NCBI GenBank assembly: GCA_963676795.2
Contig: CAXXTB010000001.1
Span: 896,001-960,000, forward strand
Direction: 5' to 3'
Length of the DNA: 64,000 nt
Origin: Geopsychrobacteraceae bacterium
Lineage (GTDB): Bacteria; Desulfobacterota; Desulfuromonadia; Desulfuromonadales; Geopsychrobacteraceae
This document shows, piece after piece, positions 21,107-34,183 of this stretch. The notes under the pieces were generated by a model. It was not told the DNA's origin. It worked only from the letters and a program-made list of their open reading frames with translations, and did not search any database. The first letter of the stretch is position 1. Every line of letters starts with the position of its first letter. Made by a program: the position numbers and the translations under genes.

Positions 21107-22764
21107 AGGAACAGTTAAGACAGGCTATTGAAGCCGTACTCAAAGATTGCTATGCCGAGGGGCTACTGAGCTCTGGCGAGGTCCCTGCTGAAATTCAGCT
21201 GGAGGTGCCGAAAAATGCCGAACATGGCGATTTTGCCACCAACCTGGCGATGATGCTGGCCAAGCCGGAACGCAAGGCGCCGCGTCAGGTTGCCGAAATT
21301 CTGCTGCCGAAGCTTCAGGCCCTGACGATCTGTGCCAGTGTCGAGATCGCCGGTCCCGGTTTTATCAACTTCCGCCTGTCTCCATCCTGCTGGTATGAGC
21401 TGCTCGATCAGATTACCGAACAGGGAGCTGCCTACGGCAAGAGCAAGGTCGGTGCCGGAACCAGGATTCAGGTCGAGTTCGTCAGTGCCAACCCGACCGG
21501 TCCGCTGCATATCGGCCATGGTCGTGGCGCGGTTGTCGGTGACGCTCTGGCCGCTGTTCTGGATGCGGCCGGATACCAGGTCGAGCGTGAGTACTATGTT
21601 AACGACGCAGGTAACCAGGTGCAGACCCTGGGCCGCTCGATCTGGATGCGCCTGCGCGAGCTGCAGGGCGAAACCATCGAATTTCCAGAAGACGGTTACC
21701 AGGGGGAGTACATCATCGACCTGGCGCAGAAATATCTTACCGAGCAGGGGACCCTTGCCGGAGTCGCTGAAGCTGAAGCGATTGCAAGCTGTTCCGCCTT
21801 TGGCGTCGAAGAGGTCCTCAAGTGGATTGCCGCCGATCTCGAAACCTTTGGTATCCGTTTCGACAACTGGTACAGCGAAAAGAGCCTTTACGAGCGCAAC
21901 ATGGTTGACAAGGAACTGGCCACTCTCAAGAAGAAGGGGCTGTCCTTCGAGCAGGATGATGCACTCTGGCTGCGTACCACCGACTATGGTGACGATAAGG
22001 ACCGGGTGTTGATCAAGTCAGATGGCAGCTATACCTATTTCGCTTCCGATGTCGCCTATCACATGGAGAAATTCGAACGTGGCTTCGACCGTGTTATCGA
22101 TGTCTGGGGGGCTGATCACCACGGTTATATTCCGCGCATGAAGGCGATGCTCGCCGGTCTCGGCCATCCGCCGGAAGATCTTGACGTCCTGCTTATCCAG
22201 ATGGTCAATCTGCTGCGCGACGGGGTGCCATTTACCATGGGCAAGCGCTCCGGTAACTTCATTACCCTGCGCGAGGTCATCGACGAAGTCGGTCGCGATG
22301 CCTGTCGGTTCTTTTTCCTGATGCGCCGTTGCGACAGCCAGCTTGATTTCGACCTTGAGCTGGCCAAGCAGCAGAGCAGCGACAATCCGGTTTTCTACGT
22401 TCAGTATGCTCACGCTCGGGTCTGCAGCATTAACCGCAACGCGGCGGAAGCCGGAGTTTCGCTGCCGGCCAGAGACCAGATCAAGCACGCCTGCCTGGAT
22501 CTGCCGGAGGAGCTGGCCCTGATTCAGCAGCTGGCGCGTTACCCGGAATCGATCGTCGGTGCCGCGCAGAATCATGAGCCGCATCGGGTGATTTTTTATC
22601 TGCAGGATCTTGCTGCTCAATTTCATAGTTACTATAATCGCCATCGTGTTCTGGTTGACGATGCCGATACGACGGCGGCCCGACTCTATCTGGTCAATGC
22701 CGTTCGTACCGTTCTGGCTAACGCCTTGTGCTTGATGGGAGTTTCTGCTCCGGAACAAATGTAA
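21103..22764 (+). CDS. argS: Arginine--tRNA ligase
   Basis: EFVSANPTGPLHIGH, WGADHHGY, MGKRSG and YVQYAHAR motifs. Confidence 0.97.
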   Translation: MKEQLRQAIEAVLKDCYAEGLLSSGEVPAEIQLEVPKNAEHGDFATNLAMMLAKPERKAPRQVAEILLPKLQALTICASVEIAGPGFINFRLSPSCWYELLDQITEQGAAYGKSKVGAGTRIQVEFVSANPTGPLHIGHGRGAVVGDALAAVLDAAGYQVEREYYVNDAGNQVQTLGRSIWMRLRELQGETIEFPEDGYQGEYIIDLAQKYLTEQGTLAGVAEAEAIASCSAFGVEEVLKWIAADLETFGIRFDNWYSEKSLYERNMVDKELATLKKKGLSFEQDDALWLRTTDYGDDKDRVLIKSDGSYTYFASDVAYHMEKFERGFDRVIDVWGADHHGYIPRMKAMLAGLGHPPEDLDVLLIQMVNLLRDGVPFTMGKRSGNFITLREVIDEVGRDACRFFFLMRRCDSQLDFDLELAKQQSSDNPVFYVQYAHARVCSINRNAAEAGVSLPARDQIKHACLDLPEELALIQQLARYPESIVGAAQNHEPHRVIFYLQDLAAQFHSYYNRHRVLVDDADTTAARLYLVNAVRTVLANALCLMGVSAPEQM

Positions 22765-22787
22765 ATTTTTTCAGAGGGAGTGCAGTC

Positions 22788-23537
22788 ATGAGGGAAACGA
22801 CAAAAACCCGTACCCAGAGACGCATGGAAAGACGTCAGGCCGTTGTCCTGCTGGTGCTGCTGCTGGTGGCTTCGCTGGTTTGCTTCGTCGTGGGTATTTT
22901 TGTCGGTCGCCACAGCGCTGAGCGTAATTATGCCGAAAAGCTTGAGAGAGCCCAGCAGGTTCTTGTCGCTCAGGGCCAGCTGGAGGCACAGAGCCTGCAG
23001 GTGCCGGACAAGCCGGTGCCAGCTGAGCCTGAAAAGCCGATGGGTGCAGAAGACGCTGCGGCGCAGGCTCCGGAATTGACCTACGATGATCTGAGCAAGG
23101 AGCCTGAGGTTCCGGCGGAACCACTGGGAAGCGGGATTAATATGGCCCCTGAGCCGGTCAAAGAGGCGCGGCCGCCGATCGCTCTGGCTGACCAGCCGAT
23201 TGTCGCCAGGCCTGAGCCGAAGCCGGTCGCTGCACCGGTTCCACAGAAAGTTGCAGTTCCGGACCCGGTCAAGTCGGCTGAAATGCCGCGTTTTTCTCCC
23301 TCGGGCAGCCACGCGGTTCAGGTCGGCTCCTTTGCCGCCTCCAAGGATGCCATTGCTCTGAAGGAAAAGCTTCAGTCGAGTGGTTATCCGGCTTACATGG
23401 TTGAGGCGGATCTGGGTGACAAGGGGCTCTGGTATCGCGTCAAGGTCGGTCCCTATGCGGGGGGAGATATTGCCAAAGTGGCCCAGCATTACCTGGAGCA
23501 ACAGGACAAAATCAAGGGCTTTGTCACGCGAAAATAG
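22788..23537 (+). CDS. SPOR domain cell-division protein (FtsN/DedD-like)
   Basis: N-terminal TM helix, Pro-rich linker, SPOR motifs VQVGSF and WYRVKVGPY; follows argS. Confidence 0.88.
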   Translation: MRETTKTRTQRRMERRQAVVLLVLLLVASLVCFVVGIFVGRHSAERNYAEKLERAQQVLVAQGQLEAQSLQVPDKPVPAEPEKPMGAEDAAAQAPELTYDDLSKEPEVPAEPLGSGINMAPEPVKEARPPIALADQPIVARPEPKPVAAPVPQKVAVPDPVKSAEMPRFSPSGSHAVQVGSFAASKDAIALKEKLQSSGYPAYMVEADLGDKGLWYRVKVGPYAGGDIAKVAQHYLEQQDKIKGFVTRK

Positions 23538-23562
23538 TTTGAGAAAGGGTGGATTTTTTTTC

Positions 23563-23591
23563 TTGACATTTTTTCGTCAGAAGATTATTTT
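23563..23591 (+). promoter_or_regulatory. sigma70 promoter for the tRNA pair
   Basis: TTGACA-17 bp-TATTTT just upstream of the first tRNA. Confidence 0.55.
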
Positions 23592-23605
23592 CCCTGAGCT
23601 CGTGA

Positions 23606-23682
<77 letters not shown>

Positions 23683-23715
23683 AAAATAAAACCTGGAGGC
23701 AGGTTGATATAGTTC

Positions 23716-23792
23716 GGCGGTGTAGCTCAGTTGGTTAGAGCATGCGGCTCATATCCGCAGTGTCCGGAGTTCGAATCTCTGCACCGCCACCA
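23716..23792 (+). tRNA. tRNA-Met (elongator, CAT)
   Basis: 77-nt cloverleaf GGCGGTG..CACCGCC-ACCA; anticodon loop CTCATAT. Confidence 0.9.
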
Positions 23793-23796
23793 TTTA

Positions 23797-23830
23797 AAAG
23801 GTCCTTTCTGTTTTCAGGAAGGGCCTTTTC
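23797..23830 (+). terminator. Terminator after the tRNAs
   Basis: AAAAGGTCCTTTCTG-TTTT-CAGGAAGGGCCTTTT. Confidence 0.7.
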
Positions 23831-23872
23831 GTTTATAGTCATCCTGTCCGATTATCTTCGCAGAGGTCTTTC

Positions 23873-25234
23873 GTGCACGCTGAATCCCTTGTCGCCGCTA
23901 TCCGTTCAACGCTTCCCGCTCCGGGGAGCCGGGTACTTATCGGGGTTTCCGGCGGTGTTGATTCGGTCGTGCTGCTCCATCTGCTGGCCGGTCTGGCTTC
24001 TGAGTGCGGACTGGAACTGGCTGTTGCCCACCTTGATCATCAAATCCGTGAAAAAAGTCACCTTGACGCCGAGTTTGTCGCCGGCCTCTGTTCCAGCTTG
24101 GGGGTCTGCTGTTTTTGTCACGCGGTAGATGTGCCGGCGCATGCCCGGGGGGCAGGTGTCAGTCTTGAGATGGCCGGGCGTGATCAACGCCGCAGCTTTT
24201 TTGCCGCGCTGAGTGCGGAGCATGGTTTTGAGCGGATTGCGCTGGCTCATCATCAGCAGGATCAGGTTGAGACGCTGCTGTTGCGCCTGGTCCGTGGAAC
24301 CGGGGTTGCCGGTCTGGCGGCGATGAGGGAGTTGGACGGGTGCTGGTGGCGTCCCCTGCTGGGTGTCTCACGTCAGCAGATCGAAGCATATGCGCACAAG
24401 CAGGGGGTGACCTGGTGTGAGGATGATACCAATGGCGATACCAGCTATCAGCGTAACCTGATCCGTCATGAGGTTCTGCCCAGGCTGCTGTCCATGAATC
24501 CCGGCTTTGCCGGACGGATAGAGACACTGGTCGGTCAGGTTCAGACTGATGAGGATTTTTTCTCCGCACTGGTGGTCAGGACCTTTGCTGAGGTTCTGCT
24601 GTCAGATGACGACGGCCTGGAGCTTGATAGGCAGGAGTTGCTGCGGCTGCACCCGGCAGTGAGGGGGCGTGTCTGCCGTCATGCGCTCGGCCTGGTTCGT
24701 GGTGGACTGCAGGGGGTCGAAGCGGTTCATCTGCAGCAGCTCGATCAGCTTCTGCAGGGCGAGCGCAGTCAGGCTCAGCTCGATCTGCCCGGTCTCTGGG
24801 TGGCCCGGCGCTACGACAGGATCTGGCTAAGAAGGCATATGCCGGAGCGGCCAGTCTGCGCTGAGTTACCACTCTCCGTTCCCGGTCAGCTTGTCTGGAG
24901 CGGGCAGTGGTGGTTGAAAGCGTCGTTTGGTGAAAAAAGTCTGGGTGAGTCCTCTTGTGCGGTGGAATTCGATTGGGCTAAATTAGACGGACAGCTGAAG
25001 GTTCGCAGCTGGCGCTACGGGGATCGATTCCAGCCTTTGGGTATGTCCGGACATAAGCGCCTCAAGCGTCTTTTTGGCGATCTGAAAATCCCTCTGGAGG
25101 AGCGTTGCCAGCTGCCGCTGGTGACCTGCGCCGGTGAAATTCTCTGGGTTGCCGGATTGCGTCGTTCGACGCACGCCCCGGTGACTGATCAAAGTCAGAA
25201 AATAATCCGCCTTGAACTGTGCCGGATGCCTTGA
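23873..25234 (+). CDS. tilS: tRNA(Ile)-lysidine synthetase
   Basis: SGGVDS PP-loop; AHHQQDQVET; RPLL; RNLIRH; C-terminal TilS domain. Confidence 0.95.
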   Translation: MHAESLVAAIRSTLPAPGSRVLIGVSGGVDSVVLLHLLAGLASECGLELAVAHLDHQIREKSHLDAEFVAGLCSSLGVCCFCHAVDVPAHARGAGVSLEMAGRDQRRSFFAALSAEHGFERIALAHHQQDQVETLLLRLVRGTGVAGLAAMRELDGCWWRPLLGVSRQQIEAYAHKQGVTWCEDDTNGDTSYQRNLIRHEVLPRLLSMNPGFAGRIETLVGQVQTDEDFFSALVVRTFAEVLLSDDDGLELDRQELLRLHPAVRGRVCRHALGLVRGGLQGVEAVHLQQLDQLLQGERSQAQLDLPGLWVARRYDRIWLRRHMPERPVCAELPLSVPGQLVWSGQWWLKASFGEKSLGESSCAVEFDWAKLDGQLKVRSWRYGDRFQPLGMSGHKRLKRLFGDLKIPLEERCQLPLVTCAGEILWVAGLRRSTHAPVTDQSQKIIRLELCRMP

Positions 25235-25251
25235 AAACGGGGACAAAAGGC

Positions 25252-25280
25252 TTGTGAGGCTGTATTCTTTATGGTAGGTT
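25252..25280 (+). promoter_or_regulatory. Putative sigma70 promoter of ftsH
   Basis: TTGTGA-17 bp-TAGGTT with an extended TG. Confidence 0.45.
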
Positions 25281-25344
25281 TTTCAGCTAGTTTTTATTAA
25301 TTTCGAGAAGTTTTAGCCTTAAATGGAACGTCATAGGGGGTCCT

Positions 25345-27293
<1,949 letters not shown>

Positions 27294-27297
<4 letters not shown>

Positions 27298-28148
27298 AAC
27301 CAGCGGAATACCTGATTGGGCGCGAGTGTCGCCTTGATCTGACGCAGCCGCGCATCATGGGGATTCTGAACGTGACCCCCGACTCTTTTTCCGACGGCGG
27401 CTGCTATCAGGGCCCGGAAGCGGCCTTACGCCAGGCGCTCAGGATGCAGCAGGAGGGAGCAGACCTACTTGACATCGGTGGCGAAAGCACGCGGCCGGGA
27501 GCCAGCCGGATCAGTGTCGACGAAGAACTCGACCGGGTGGTTCCGATCGTCGAGCTGCTGAGCCGGGAGATCGATCTGCCGCTGTCGATCGACACGACCA
27601 AGTCTGAAGTCGCACGCGAAGCACTTGCAGCCGGTGGGCATTTCATCAATGACATCAGCGGCCTGACCTTTGATGATCAGATGGCCGGGGTCGCTGCGGA
27701 AAGCGGGGCCGGGCTTTTTGTCATGCATACCCGTGGTCGCCCCGATGTCATGCAGAATGACACGGCCTATGCCAATCTGCTCGACGAGGTGATCGCCTAT
27801 CTGCGCAAGAGTGCCGAACTGGCCCTCGTCGCCGGAGTTCCGCCGGATCACCTGGCGATTGACCCGGGCATCGGCTTCGGCAAGAGCGTTACCGGTAATC
27901 TTGAACTGATGCAGCAGTTGAGCCGTTTTCACCAGCTGGGTTACCCGATTTTACTCGGGACCTCACGCAAGAGCTTTATCGGTGCTATTCTTGAACAGAA
28001 CGATCCCCGGAAGCGCGATGCCGGCACCCTGGCGACCGTTGTTCTCGGGGTCCAGCAGGGTGTGCAGATTTACCGGGTCCATGACGTTGCCTCAGCGAGC
28101 CAGGCAGCAAAGGTTGCGTGGGCCATTCGGGAGTGTCGACTTCCCTGA
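27294..28148 (+). CDS. folP: Dihydropteroate synthase
   Basis: [36 protein letters not shown] and RVHDV motifs. Confidence 0.96.
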
Positions 28149-28204
28149 TATGCTTTTTTGTATTTATCCTTCAGGCTGATTTGAATTGACAGTGCGGTGA
28201 CCTC

Positions 28205-28987
28205 ATGCTCGATGTTTTTACCAATATCCGTTATCTCGATATTATCGACATCTGCATCGTCGCCTTTATCATCTATCGGATCATCCTGCTGATCAAGGGG
28301 ACCCGGGCGGTTCAGATGCTGCTCGGCCTCGCCGTTATCCTGGTCGTCTATATTGCCTCCCGGGTGGGCGACCTGCACACCCTCAACTGGTTCCTGAGTA
28401 ACTTCCTTTCGTCGATCATCCTGGTCATCGTGGTTATCTTTCAGAATGACATCCGCCGGGCGCTGATGCATGTCGGGCGCAATCCGTTTCTGGGCGGCAG
28501 CCCTGCGGTCCATGACTCAGCCGTTATCGAAGAGTTGGTCAAGGCGGCCATGGCGCTCGGTAATCGCAAGATCGGTGCCCTGATCGCCATCGAGCGCGAG
28601 ACCGGGATCAACGATATCCTCGAGTCGGGAACCGCAATCGATGCCAGGGTCAGCAGCGACCTGATCCGGGCGATCTTCATGCCCTCTTCGCCGATCCATG
28701 ACGGAGCCCTGGTTCTTCAGCAGGGGCGGTTGACCAAGGCCGGTTGTTTTCTGCCGTTGAGTCAGGGGAGTGATCTCAACAAGGACCTCGGTACTCGCCA
28801 TCGCGCTGCTATCGGCCTGACCGAACTGGCCGATGCCATTGCCATCGTTGTTTCGGAGGAGACCGGCAAGATTTCGGTCGCCGTCAACGGCAGTATGACC
28901 CGCAATCTCGATGCGACCAGTCTGAAAAAGGTTCTCGGCCGTCTGCTCGAACCGCGCCGCGTAAAACTGAAAAGAAAGAAGGGCTGA
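28205..28987 (+). CDS. cdaA: Diadenylate cyclase CdaA/DacA
   Basis: Three TM helices; catalytic HDGA and GTRHRAA motifs; VSEETG. Confidence 0.94.
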   Translation: MLDVFTNIRYLDIIDICIVAFIIYRIILLIKGTRAVQMLLGLAVILVVYIASRVGDLHTLNWFLSNFLSSIILVIVVIFQNDIRRALMHVGRNPFLGGSPAVHDSAVIEELVKAAMALGNRKIGALIAIERETGINDILESGTAIDARVSSDLIRAIFMPSSPIHDGALVLQQGRLTKAGCFLPLSQGSDLNKDLGTRHRAAIGLTELADAIAIVVSEETGKISVAVNGSMTRNLDATSLKKVLGRLLEPRRVKLKRKKG

Positions 28988-28991
28988 TCAA

Positions 28992-29699
28992 ATGTTCAAA
29001 TTGTTAACAGAAAATTGGACATTGAAATTGCTGTCCCTGATTTTTGCCCTGCTGCTGTGGATGTTTATTATGGGTGAGAGGCGCTTCGAGGTCGGCTTCC
29101 TCGTCCCGCTCGAAATGCAGAACATTCCTGAGGGGCTGATGATCGCCAACGAGGTGCCCAGCCAGGTCGATGTCCGGGTCAGCGGCCCCCGCACCCTGTT
29201 GATGAAGGTGACCCCGAACGATATCAGTATCGTGGTCGATCTGGTCGATCTCAAACCGGGGCTGACAACCTTCAAGCGTCTCGAGGAGCGTCTCAATCTG
29301 CCCAACGGCCTGCGCGTGACCAGACTGTCCCCCTCCTTCATCGATCTGCGCCTGGCGCGGATTCAGGAGAAGGAGGTGCCGATCAAGCCGGTGCTGATCG
29401 GAACCCCGGAGCCTGGCTATTTGCTCGGCAAGGTTTCGCTGGTGCCGGACCATGTGACCCTGGCCGGGGCTGAGACCGAACTGAAGAACGTGACCAGCGT
29501 CACAACGGATGTCATTGATCTGGAAGGGGTCAATGCGGGATTTTCGCTCATCGTGCCGCTTGTGCACCGGGGAACCTATACTTATCTTAAGGATGAAAAA
29601 ACAACCGAGGTCCAGGTTGAAATCGATGTGGATGAAAATTACCTGCGGGAGGCTGAACCCGCTGCAATGACGGATGCCGAAGAGGGTGGGAGAGAATGA
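28992..29699 (+). CDS. cdaR: YbbR-domain regulator CdaR
   Basis: [17 protein letters not shown]-terminal TM helix; YbbR repeats; lies between cdaA and glmM. Confidence 0.88.
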   Translation: MFKLLTENWTLKLLSLIFALLLWMFIMGERRFEVGFLVPLEMQNIPEGLMIANEVPSQVDVRVSGPRTLLMKVTPNDISIVVDLVDLKPGLTTFKRLEERLNLPNGLRVTRLSPSFIDLRLARIQEKEVPIKPVLIGTPEPGYLLGKVSLVPDHVTLAGAETELKNVTSVTTDVIDLEGVNAGFSLIVPLVHRGTYTYLKDEKTTEVQVEIDVDENYLREAEPAAMTDAEEGGRE

Positions 29700-31060
29700 A
29701 AACCGAGAAAAAGTTATTTGGAACCGATGGTGTGCGCGGGGTCGCCAATATCGACCCGATGACGACCGAGATGGCCATGCAGTTGGGACGTGCGGCCGCC
29801 TATGTCTTCAAGAAGGACAAGAATCGCCGCCATTCCGTGGTTATCGGCAAAGATACCCGGTTGTCCGGCTATATGCTCGAGAATGCTATGGTGGCAGGGA
29901 TCTGCTCCATGGGGGTTGACGTCATGATCGTCGGTCCGTTGCCGACTCCGGGGATCGCCTTTATCACCTCGTCAATGCGTGCCGATGCCGGTGTGGTCAT
30001 CAGTGCTTCGCACAACCCCTATCAGGACAACGGGATCAAGTTTTTCTCCAACGACGGTTTCAAGCTGCCGGATGGGCTGGAAGTCGAGATTGAGGACCTG
30101 ATCATCAACCATCGTATCGACGATCTGCGTCCGGTGGCCGATGAGGTCGGCAAGGCTTACCGCATAGATGACGCAATCGGCCGTTATGTCGTCTTTCTCA
30201 AGAACACCTTCCCCAAGGATCTTGACCTGCAGGGTCTGCGTATCGTGCTCGACTGTGCCAACGGTGCTGGTTACAAGGTGGCACCGGCAGTGCTGAAAGA
30301 ACTCGGCGCTGAGGTGCTCACCCTCGGGGTGGCTCCGAACGGAACCAACATCAACGATGGCTGCGGATCGCTGCATCCTGAGGTTATGGCGGCCAAGGTC
30401 CGCGAGTATCGTGCCGATCTGGGGATCGCCCTGGATGGCGACGCTGACCGGGTGATCTTTGTCGACGAACATGGCGACGAGGTCGATGGTGACCATATCA
30501 TGGCGATCTGTGGCACTGAAATGCTCAAGGCCGGTCAGCTCAACAAGAAAACCGTGGTCGCCACGGTCATGAGTAATATGGGGCTCGAGATTGCCATCAA
30601 GAAAGCTGGTGGTAAACTGGTGCGCACCAAGGTCGGCGATCGCTATGTTGTCGAAGAGATGCTCAAGGAAGGTTACAACCTCGGTGGTGAACAGTCGGGG
30701 CACATGATCTTCCTCGATCACAACACCACCGGTGACGGCATCCTTTCGGCGCTGCAGGTGCTGGCGATCATTCAGCGCAGCGGCAAAAAGTTGTCCGAAC
30801 TGGCGCAGGTCATGACTGCACTGCCCCAGGTGCTGGTCAATGTCCGGGTGCGTAAACGGGTGGATCTGAAGGATATTGCGCCGATCAAGAAGGTCATCGA
30901 TGAGGTTGAGGCCGAACTCGGCGATAATGGCCGCGTGCTGATCCGTTATTCGGGGACCGAACCCCTGTTGCGGATCATGCTGGAAGGACCGAATCAGTCG
31001 CGGATTGAAGTACTGGCGGACATGATTGCCGACAGTGTCAAAGAGCAAATCGGCGCTTAG
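29696..31060 (+). CDS. glmM: Phosphoglucosamine mutase
   Basis: [28 protein letters not shown] and RYSGTEP motifs. Confidence 0.97.
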   Translation: MKTEKKLFGTDGVRGVANIDPMTTEMAMQLGRAAAYVFKKDKNRRHSVVIGKDTRLSGYMLENAMVAGICSMGVDVMIVGPLPTPGIAFITSSMRADAGVVISASHNPYQDNGIKFFSNDGFKLPDGLEVEIEDLIINHRIDDLRPVADEVGKAYRIDDAIGRYVVFLKNTFPKDLDLQGLRIVLDCANGAGYKVAPAVLKELGAEVLTLGVAPNGTNINDGCGSLHPEVMAAKVREYRADLGIALDGDADRVIFVDEHGDEVDGDHIMAICGTEMLKAGQLNKKTVVATVMSNMGLEIAIKKAGGKLVRTKVGDRYVVEEMLKEGYNLGGEQSGHMIFLDHNTTGDGILSALQVLAIIQRSGKKLSELAQVMTALPQVLVNVRVRKRVDLKDIAPIKKVIDEVEAELGDNGRVLIRYSGTEPLLRIMLEGPNQSRIEVLADMIADSVKEQIGA

Positions 31061-31076
31061 AAAAAAGGAGAACTCT

Positions 31077-31793
31077 GTGCCTAAATTGGGCGTAAACGTT
31101 GATCATATCGCCACGATCCGGCAGGCTCGCGGCGTCAGTGAGCCGGACCCTGTCACTGCAGCTGCCCTGGCGGAGCTGGCCGGCGCCGACGGAATAACCG
31201 TTCATCTGCGTGAAGACCGGCGTCATATCCAGGACCGTGATGTCGAACTGCTGCGCAAAACGGTGAAGACCCGCCTCAACCTGGAGATGGCCGTTACCGA
31301 TGGGATGGTGGCTTTTGCCCTGCGCGTGCTGCCCGACTGTGTCACACTGGTTCCGGAAGGGCGCCATGAACTGACCACGGAAGGGGGGCTCGATGTCACC
31401 CTGCTGCAGAACTCACTGAAAAAGAATATCGCCCTGCTCAAGCAGGCCGGCATCATTGTCAGTCTCTTTGTTGAACCTGACATCGAGCAGATCAAGGCCA
31501 GTCACCGGGTTGGTGCCGAATACATCGAAATTCATACCGGAACCTACTGCGAAGCGCAGACCCCGGCCGAGCGCAAGACCCAGCTGGAACGGATCGCCAT
31601 GGCGATCTCCGCGGCCAAGCGGCTGGGGCTGGGGGTGAACGCAGGGCACGGACTCGATTACCGGAATGTCCGGGCGGTTGTCGAGCTGGGCGATATCGAA
31701 GAGTTTAATATCGGCCACAGCATTATCGCCCGGGCGGCCCTGGTAGGTATGGAGCGGGCCGTGCGCGAGATGTGTGCGCTGGTCAGGGGCTAG
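31077..31793 (+). CDS. pdxJ: Pyridoxine 5'-phosphate synthase
   Basis: [30 protein letters not shown] and NIGH motifs; GTG start after AGGAG. Confidence 0.96.
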   Translation: MPKLGVNVDHIATIRQARGVSEPDPVTAAALAELAGADGITVHLREDRRHIQDRDVELLRKTVKTRLNLEMAVTDGMVAFALRVLPDCVTLVPEGRHELTTEGGLDVTLLQNSLKKNIALLKQAGIIVSLFVEPDIEQIKASHRVGAEYIEIHTGTYCEAQTPAERKTQLERIAMAISAAKRLGLGVNAGHGLDYRNVRAVVELGDIEEFNIGHSIIARAALVGMERAVREMCALVRG

Positions 31794-31796
31794 CCT

Positions 31797-32174
31797 GTGG
31801 CCGTCCGTGGCCTGGGCACTGATCTGGCCCGGATAGAGCGTTTCCGTAAGTTTATCGAACCGGAAAATGGCGTCCTGTTGCGGGTCTATACCGCTCAGGA
31901 ACGCCACTACTGTCTCACCAAGCGCGATCCTGCTCCTTACCTGGCAGCCCGTTTTGCCGCTAAAGAGGCATTTCTCAAAGCTCTGGGGACCGGCCTGCGC
32001 GGCGGCCTCTCCTGGCAGCAGATCGAAGTCAGGCGCGACGAGCTTGGTTGCCCGTCTCTTTTTCTGAGCGGGTATGCTGCTGAACTGTTGCACCAACGCG
32101 GTATCCGTACGACTCATCTCAGTTATTCTCATGACGGCAATTATGCCGTAGCTACGGTGATTCTGGAGGACTGA
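31797..32174 (+). CDS. acpS: Holo-ACP synthase
   Basis: GLGTD, AARFAAKEA and LSYSHD motifs. Confidence 0.95.
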   Translation: MAVRGLGTDLARIERFRKFIEPENGVLLRVYTAQERHYCLTKRDPAPYLAARFAAKEAFLKALGTGLRGGLSWQQIEVRRDELGCPSLFLSGYAAELLHQRGIRTTHLSYSHDGNYAVATVILED

Positions 32175-33739
32175 TGCGACTCTGTACTGCCCGAGAAATG
32201 ATGCTTGCCGACCAGTGGGCGATAAAGACCCTGGGGATTCCCGGGGCGGCCCTGATGGAGACGGCCGGCCGTTATTGCGCTGAAGTGTTTGTCGAAAAAT
32301 TTGCCGAACTCTTTCCCGGACCGGTGCTGATTGTCGCGGGCAAGGGAAATAACGGTGGTGACGGTTATGTCGTTGCCCGGATCCTTGCCGATCAGGGCTG
32401 GGAGGTCTCAACCTGCGTGTTGGCAAGGCCTGAACAGGTCGGCGGCGACGCGGCCCTGATGCTCAAGGTTCTGCAGCGCCTGCATCCTGAATGTCTGCTG
32501 TTTGTGACCGATGAGGATGACCTGGAGCAGATTTTTGTCGAACGCTCAGCGGATGTTATTGTCGATGCCATCTTCGGAACCGGACTGCAATCGGAGGTTC
32601 AGGGGCTTCAGGCAGCCGCTATCCGCTGTATAAACGCGGCTGATGTGCCGGTCCTGGCCGTCGATATCCCGTCCGGGGTCGACGGCTCAACGGGGCGGAT
32701 CTGTGGTCTGGCTGTCCAGGCCGATGTCACTGTGACCTTTGACCGGGCCAAGATCGGTCATGGCAGTCAACCCGGCGCTGCCCGGGTCGGTGAGCTGCAC
32801 TTGGTCGATATCGGTATCCCGCACAGTGGCCGGCCACGGCTGGAAAGCCGCGTCCGCATCATCCAGGATGAAGATGCCTCGGCTTTTTTGCCGCGCCGTC
32901 CGGTCACCGGCCACAAGGGGCGTTTCGGCCATCTGCTCCTGGTCGGCGGTTCGACCGGCAAAAGCGGTGCCGCTGCTCTGGCGGGCGACGCCGCCGTGCG
33001 CAGTGGCTGTGGCCTGGTTACCGTTGCCGTGCCGGAGTCGCTTCATGACATCATCGAAGTCAAGCTGACCGAAGCGATGAGTGTGCCGTTGCCTGCTGAA
33101 CAGGGGCTGTTGCTGGAAGCGGCTGGCGCTAAAATTCTAGAGCTTGCTGCCGAACGCCAGGCGCTGGCCTTCGGGCCGGGACTTGGACAGTCCCCAGGGT
33201 TGAGATCGTTGCTCACCGAGCTGCTGGACTCCCTCGCTCTGCCCATGGTGATCGATGCCGATGGTCTCAACCTGCTCTGTGGTCAGCTTGATCAGCTGAA
33301 ACGGCGCAGGACCGGAATGCTGGTGCTGACCCCTCATCCGGGTGAGATGGCGCGGATGTGTGAGATCTCCGTCGCTGAACTGGAGGCGGACCGCTTTGAG
33401 CTGGCCTCCGCCTTTGCCCGTAAATACGAGGTGGTTCTGCTCCTCAAGGGGGCGCGAACCCTGATTGCTGCGCCGGACGGTCGTGTTAATATTAATGTAA
33501 CCGGCAACGCCGGATTGGCGACCGGCGGCAGCGGGGATGTCCTGACCGGCCTTCTCGGTGGTCTGCTCGCCCAGGGTTTACCGGCCTTTGAAGCGGCCAG
33601 CCTGGCTGCCTGGCTGCACGGTCGCGCCGCAGAACGTTTGAGTGATAATTTGGGTACGGCCGGCCTGGCTGCATCTGACCTGCTTATGCAGTTGCCACAG
33701 GCCCGGAGGGAACTTGAGAAAGGAGACGCCCCATGCTGA
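32174..33739 (+). CDS. nnr: Bifunctional NAD(P)H-hydrate epimerase/dehydratase
   Basis: GKGNNGGDG, DAIFGTG, DIPSG, HKG..G, TPHPGE and GGSGDVL motifs. Confidence 0.94.
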   Translation: MRLCTAREMMLADQWAIKTLGIPGAALMETAGRYCAEVFVEKFAELFPGPVLIVAGKGNNGGDGYVVARILADQGWEVSTCVLARPEQVGGDAALMLKVLQRLHPECLLFVTDEDDLEQIFVERSADVIVDAIFGTGLQSEVQGLQAAAIRCINAADVPVLAVDIPSGVDGSTGRICGLAVQADVTVTFDRAKIGHGSQPGAARVGELHLVDIGIPHSGRPRLESRVRIIQDEDASAFLPRRPVTGHKGRFGHLLLVGGSTGKSGAAALAGDAAVRSGCGLVTVAVPESLHDIIEVKLTEAMSVPLPAEQGLLLEAAGAKILELAAERQALAFGPGLGQSPGLRSLLTELLDSLALPMVIDADGLNLLCGQLDQLKRRRTGMLVLTPHPGEMARMCEISVAELEADRFELASAFARKYEVVLLLKGARTLIAAPDGRVNINVTGNAGLATGGSGDVLTGLLGGLLAQGLPAFEAASLAAWLHGRAAERLSDNLGTAGLAASDLLMQLPQARRELEKGDAPC

Positions 33740-34182
33740 CAGCACGCGACATCATGACTAAAGAGGTGGTTACAGTCACAACCGACACCAGTATTGAAGA
33801 GCTGGCCAAAACCTTTGTTTCAAGCGGGCACAGTTCGTTTCCTGTCCTCGACGGCGGCGGTAAACTGATCGGTATTGTCTCGGAAACCGATCTGATCGAG
33901 CAGCAGAAGCCATTGCATATCCCGACGGTTATCGCCCTGTTTGACTGGGTGTTCTACCTCGAAAGCGAAAAGAATTTCAGGCATGAGGTCGACCGGATTA
34001 CCGCGACGACCGTTGGTGAGATCTGCGGCAAAAAACCGGTGACCTGTGCACCCGACACCGATGTGCGTGAGCTGGCCGGACTGATGAGTCAGAACAGGGT
34101 TCATCTGCTGCCGGTTATTGAAGATGGAGAAATGGTCGGTGTTGTCGCCCGTCTTGATCTGATCCGCTCGATGGAGATGTAG
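33733..34182 (+). CDS. Standalone CBS-pair protein
   Basis: ARDIMT, FPV..GIVSETDL and LPV..GVVARLDL: two CBS repeats. Confidence 0.9.
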   Translation: MLTARDIMTKEVVTVTTDTSIEELAKTFVSSGHSSFPVLDGGGKLIGIVSETDLIEQQKPLHIPTVIALFDWVFYLESEKNFRHEVDRITATTVGEICGKKPVTCAPDTDVRELAGLMSQNRVHLLPVIEDGEMVGVVARLDLIRSMEM

Positions 34183-34183
34183 C

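Noticed and set aside
23716..25234. CAT-anticodon tRNA next to tilS as tRNA-Ile2, the TilS substrate
   Set aside because: The acceptor stem GGCGGTG has G4/G5 rather than the C4/C5 typical of Ile2 and resembles elongator tRNA-Met; a tRNAscan-SE isotype model would settle it
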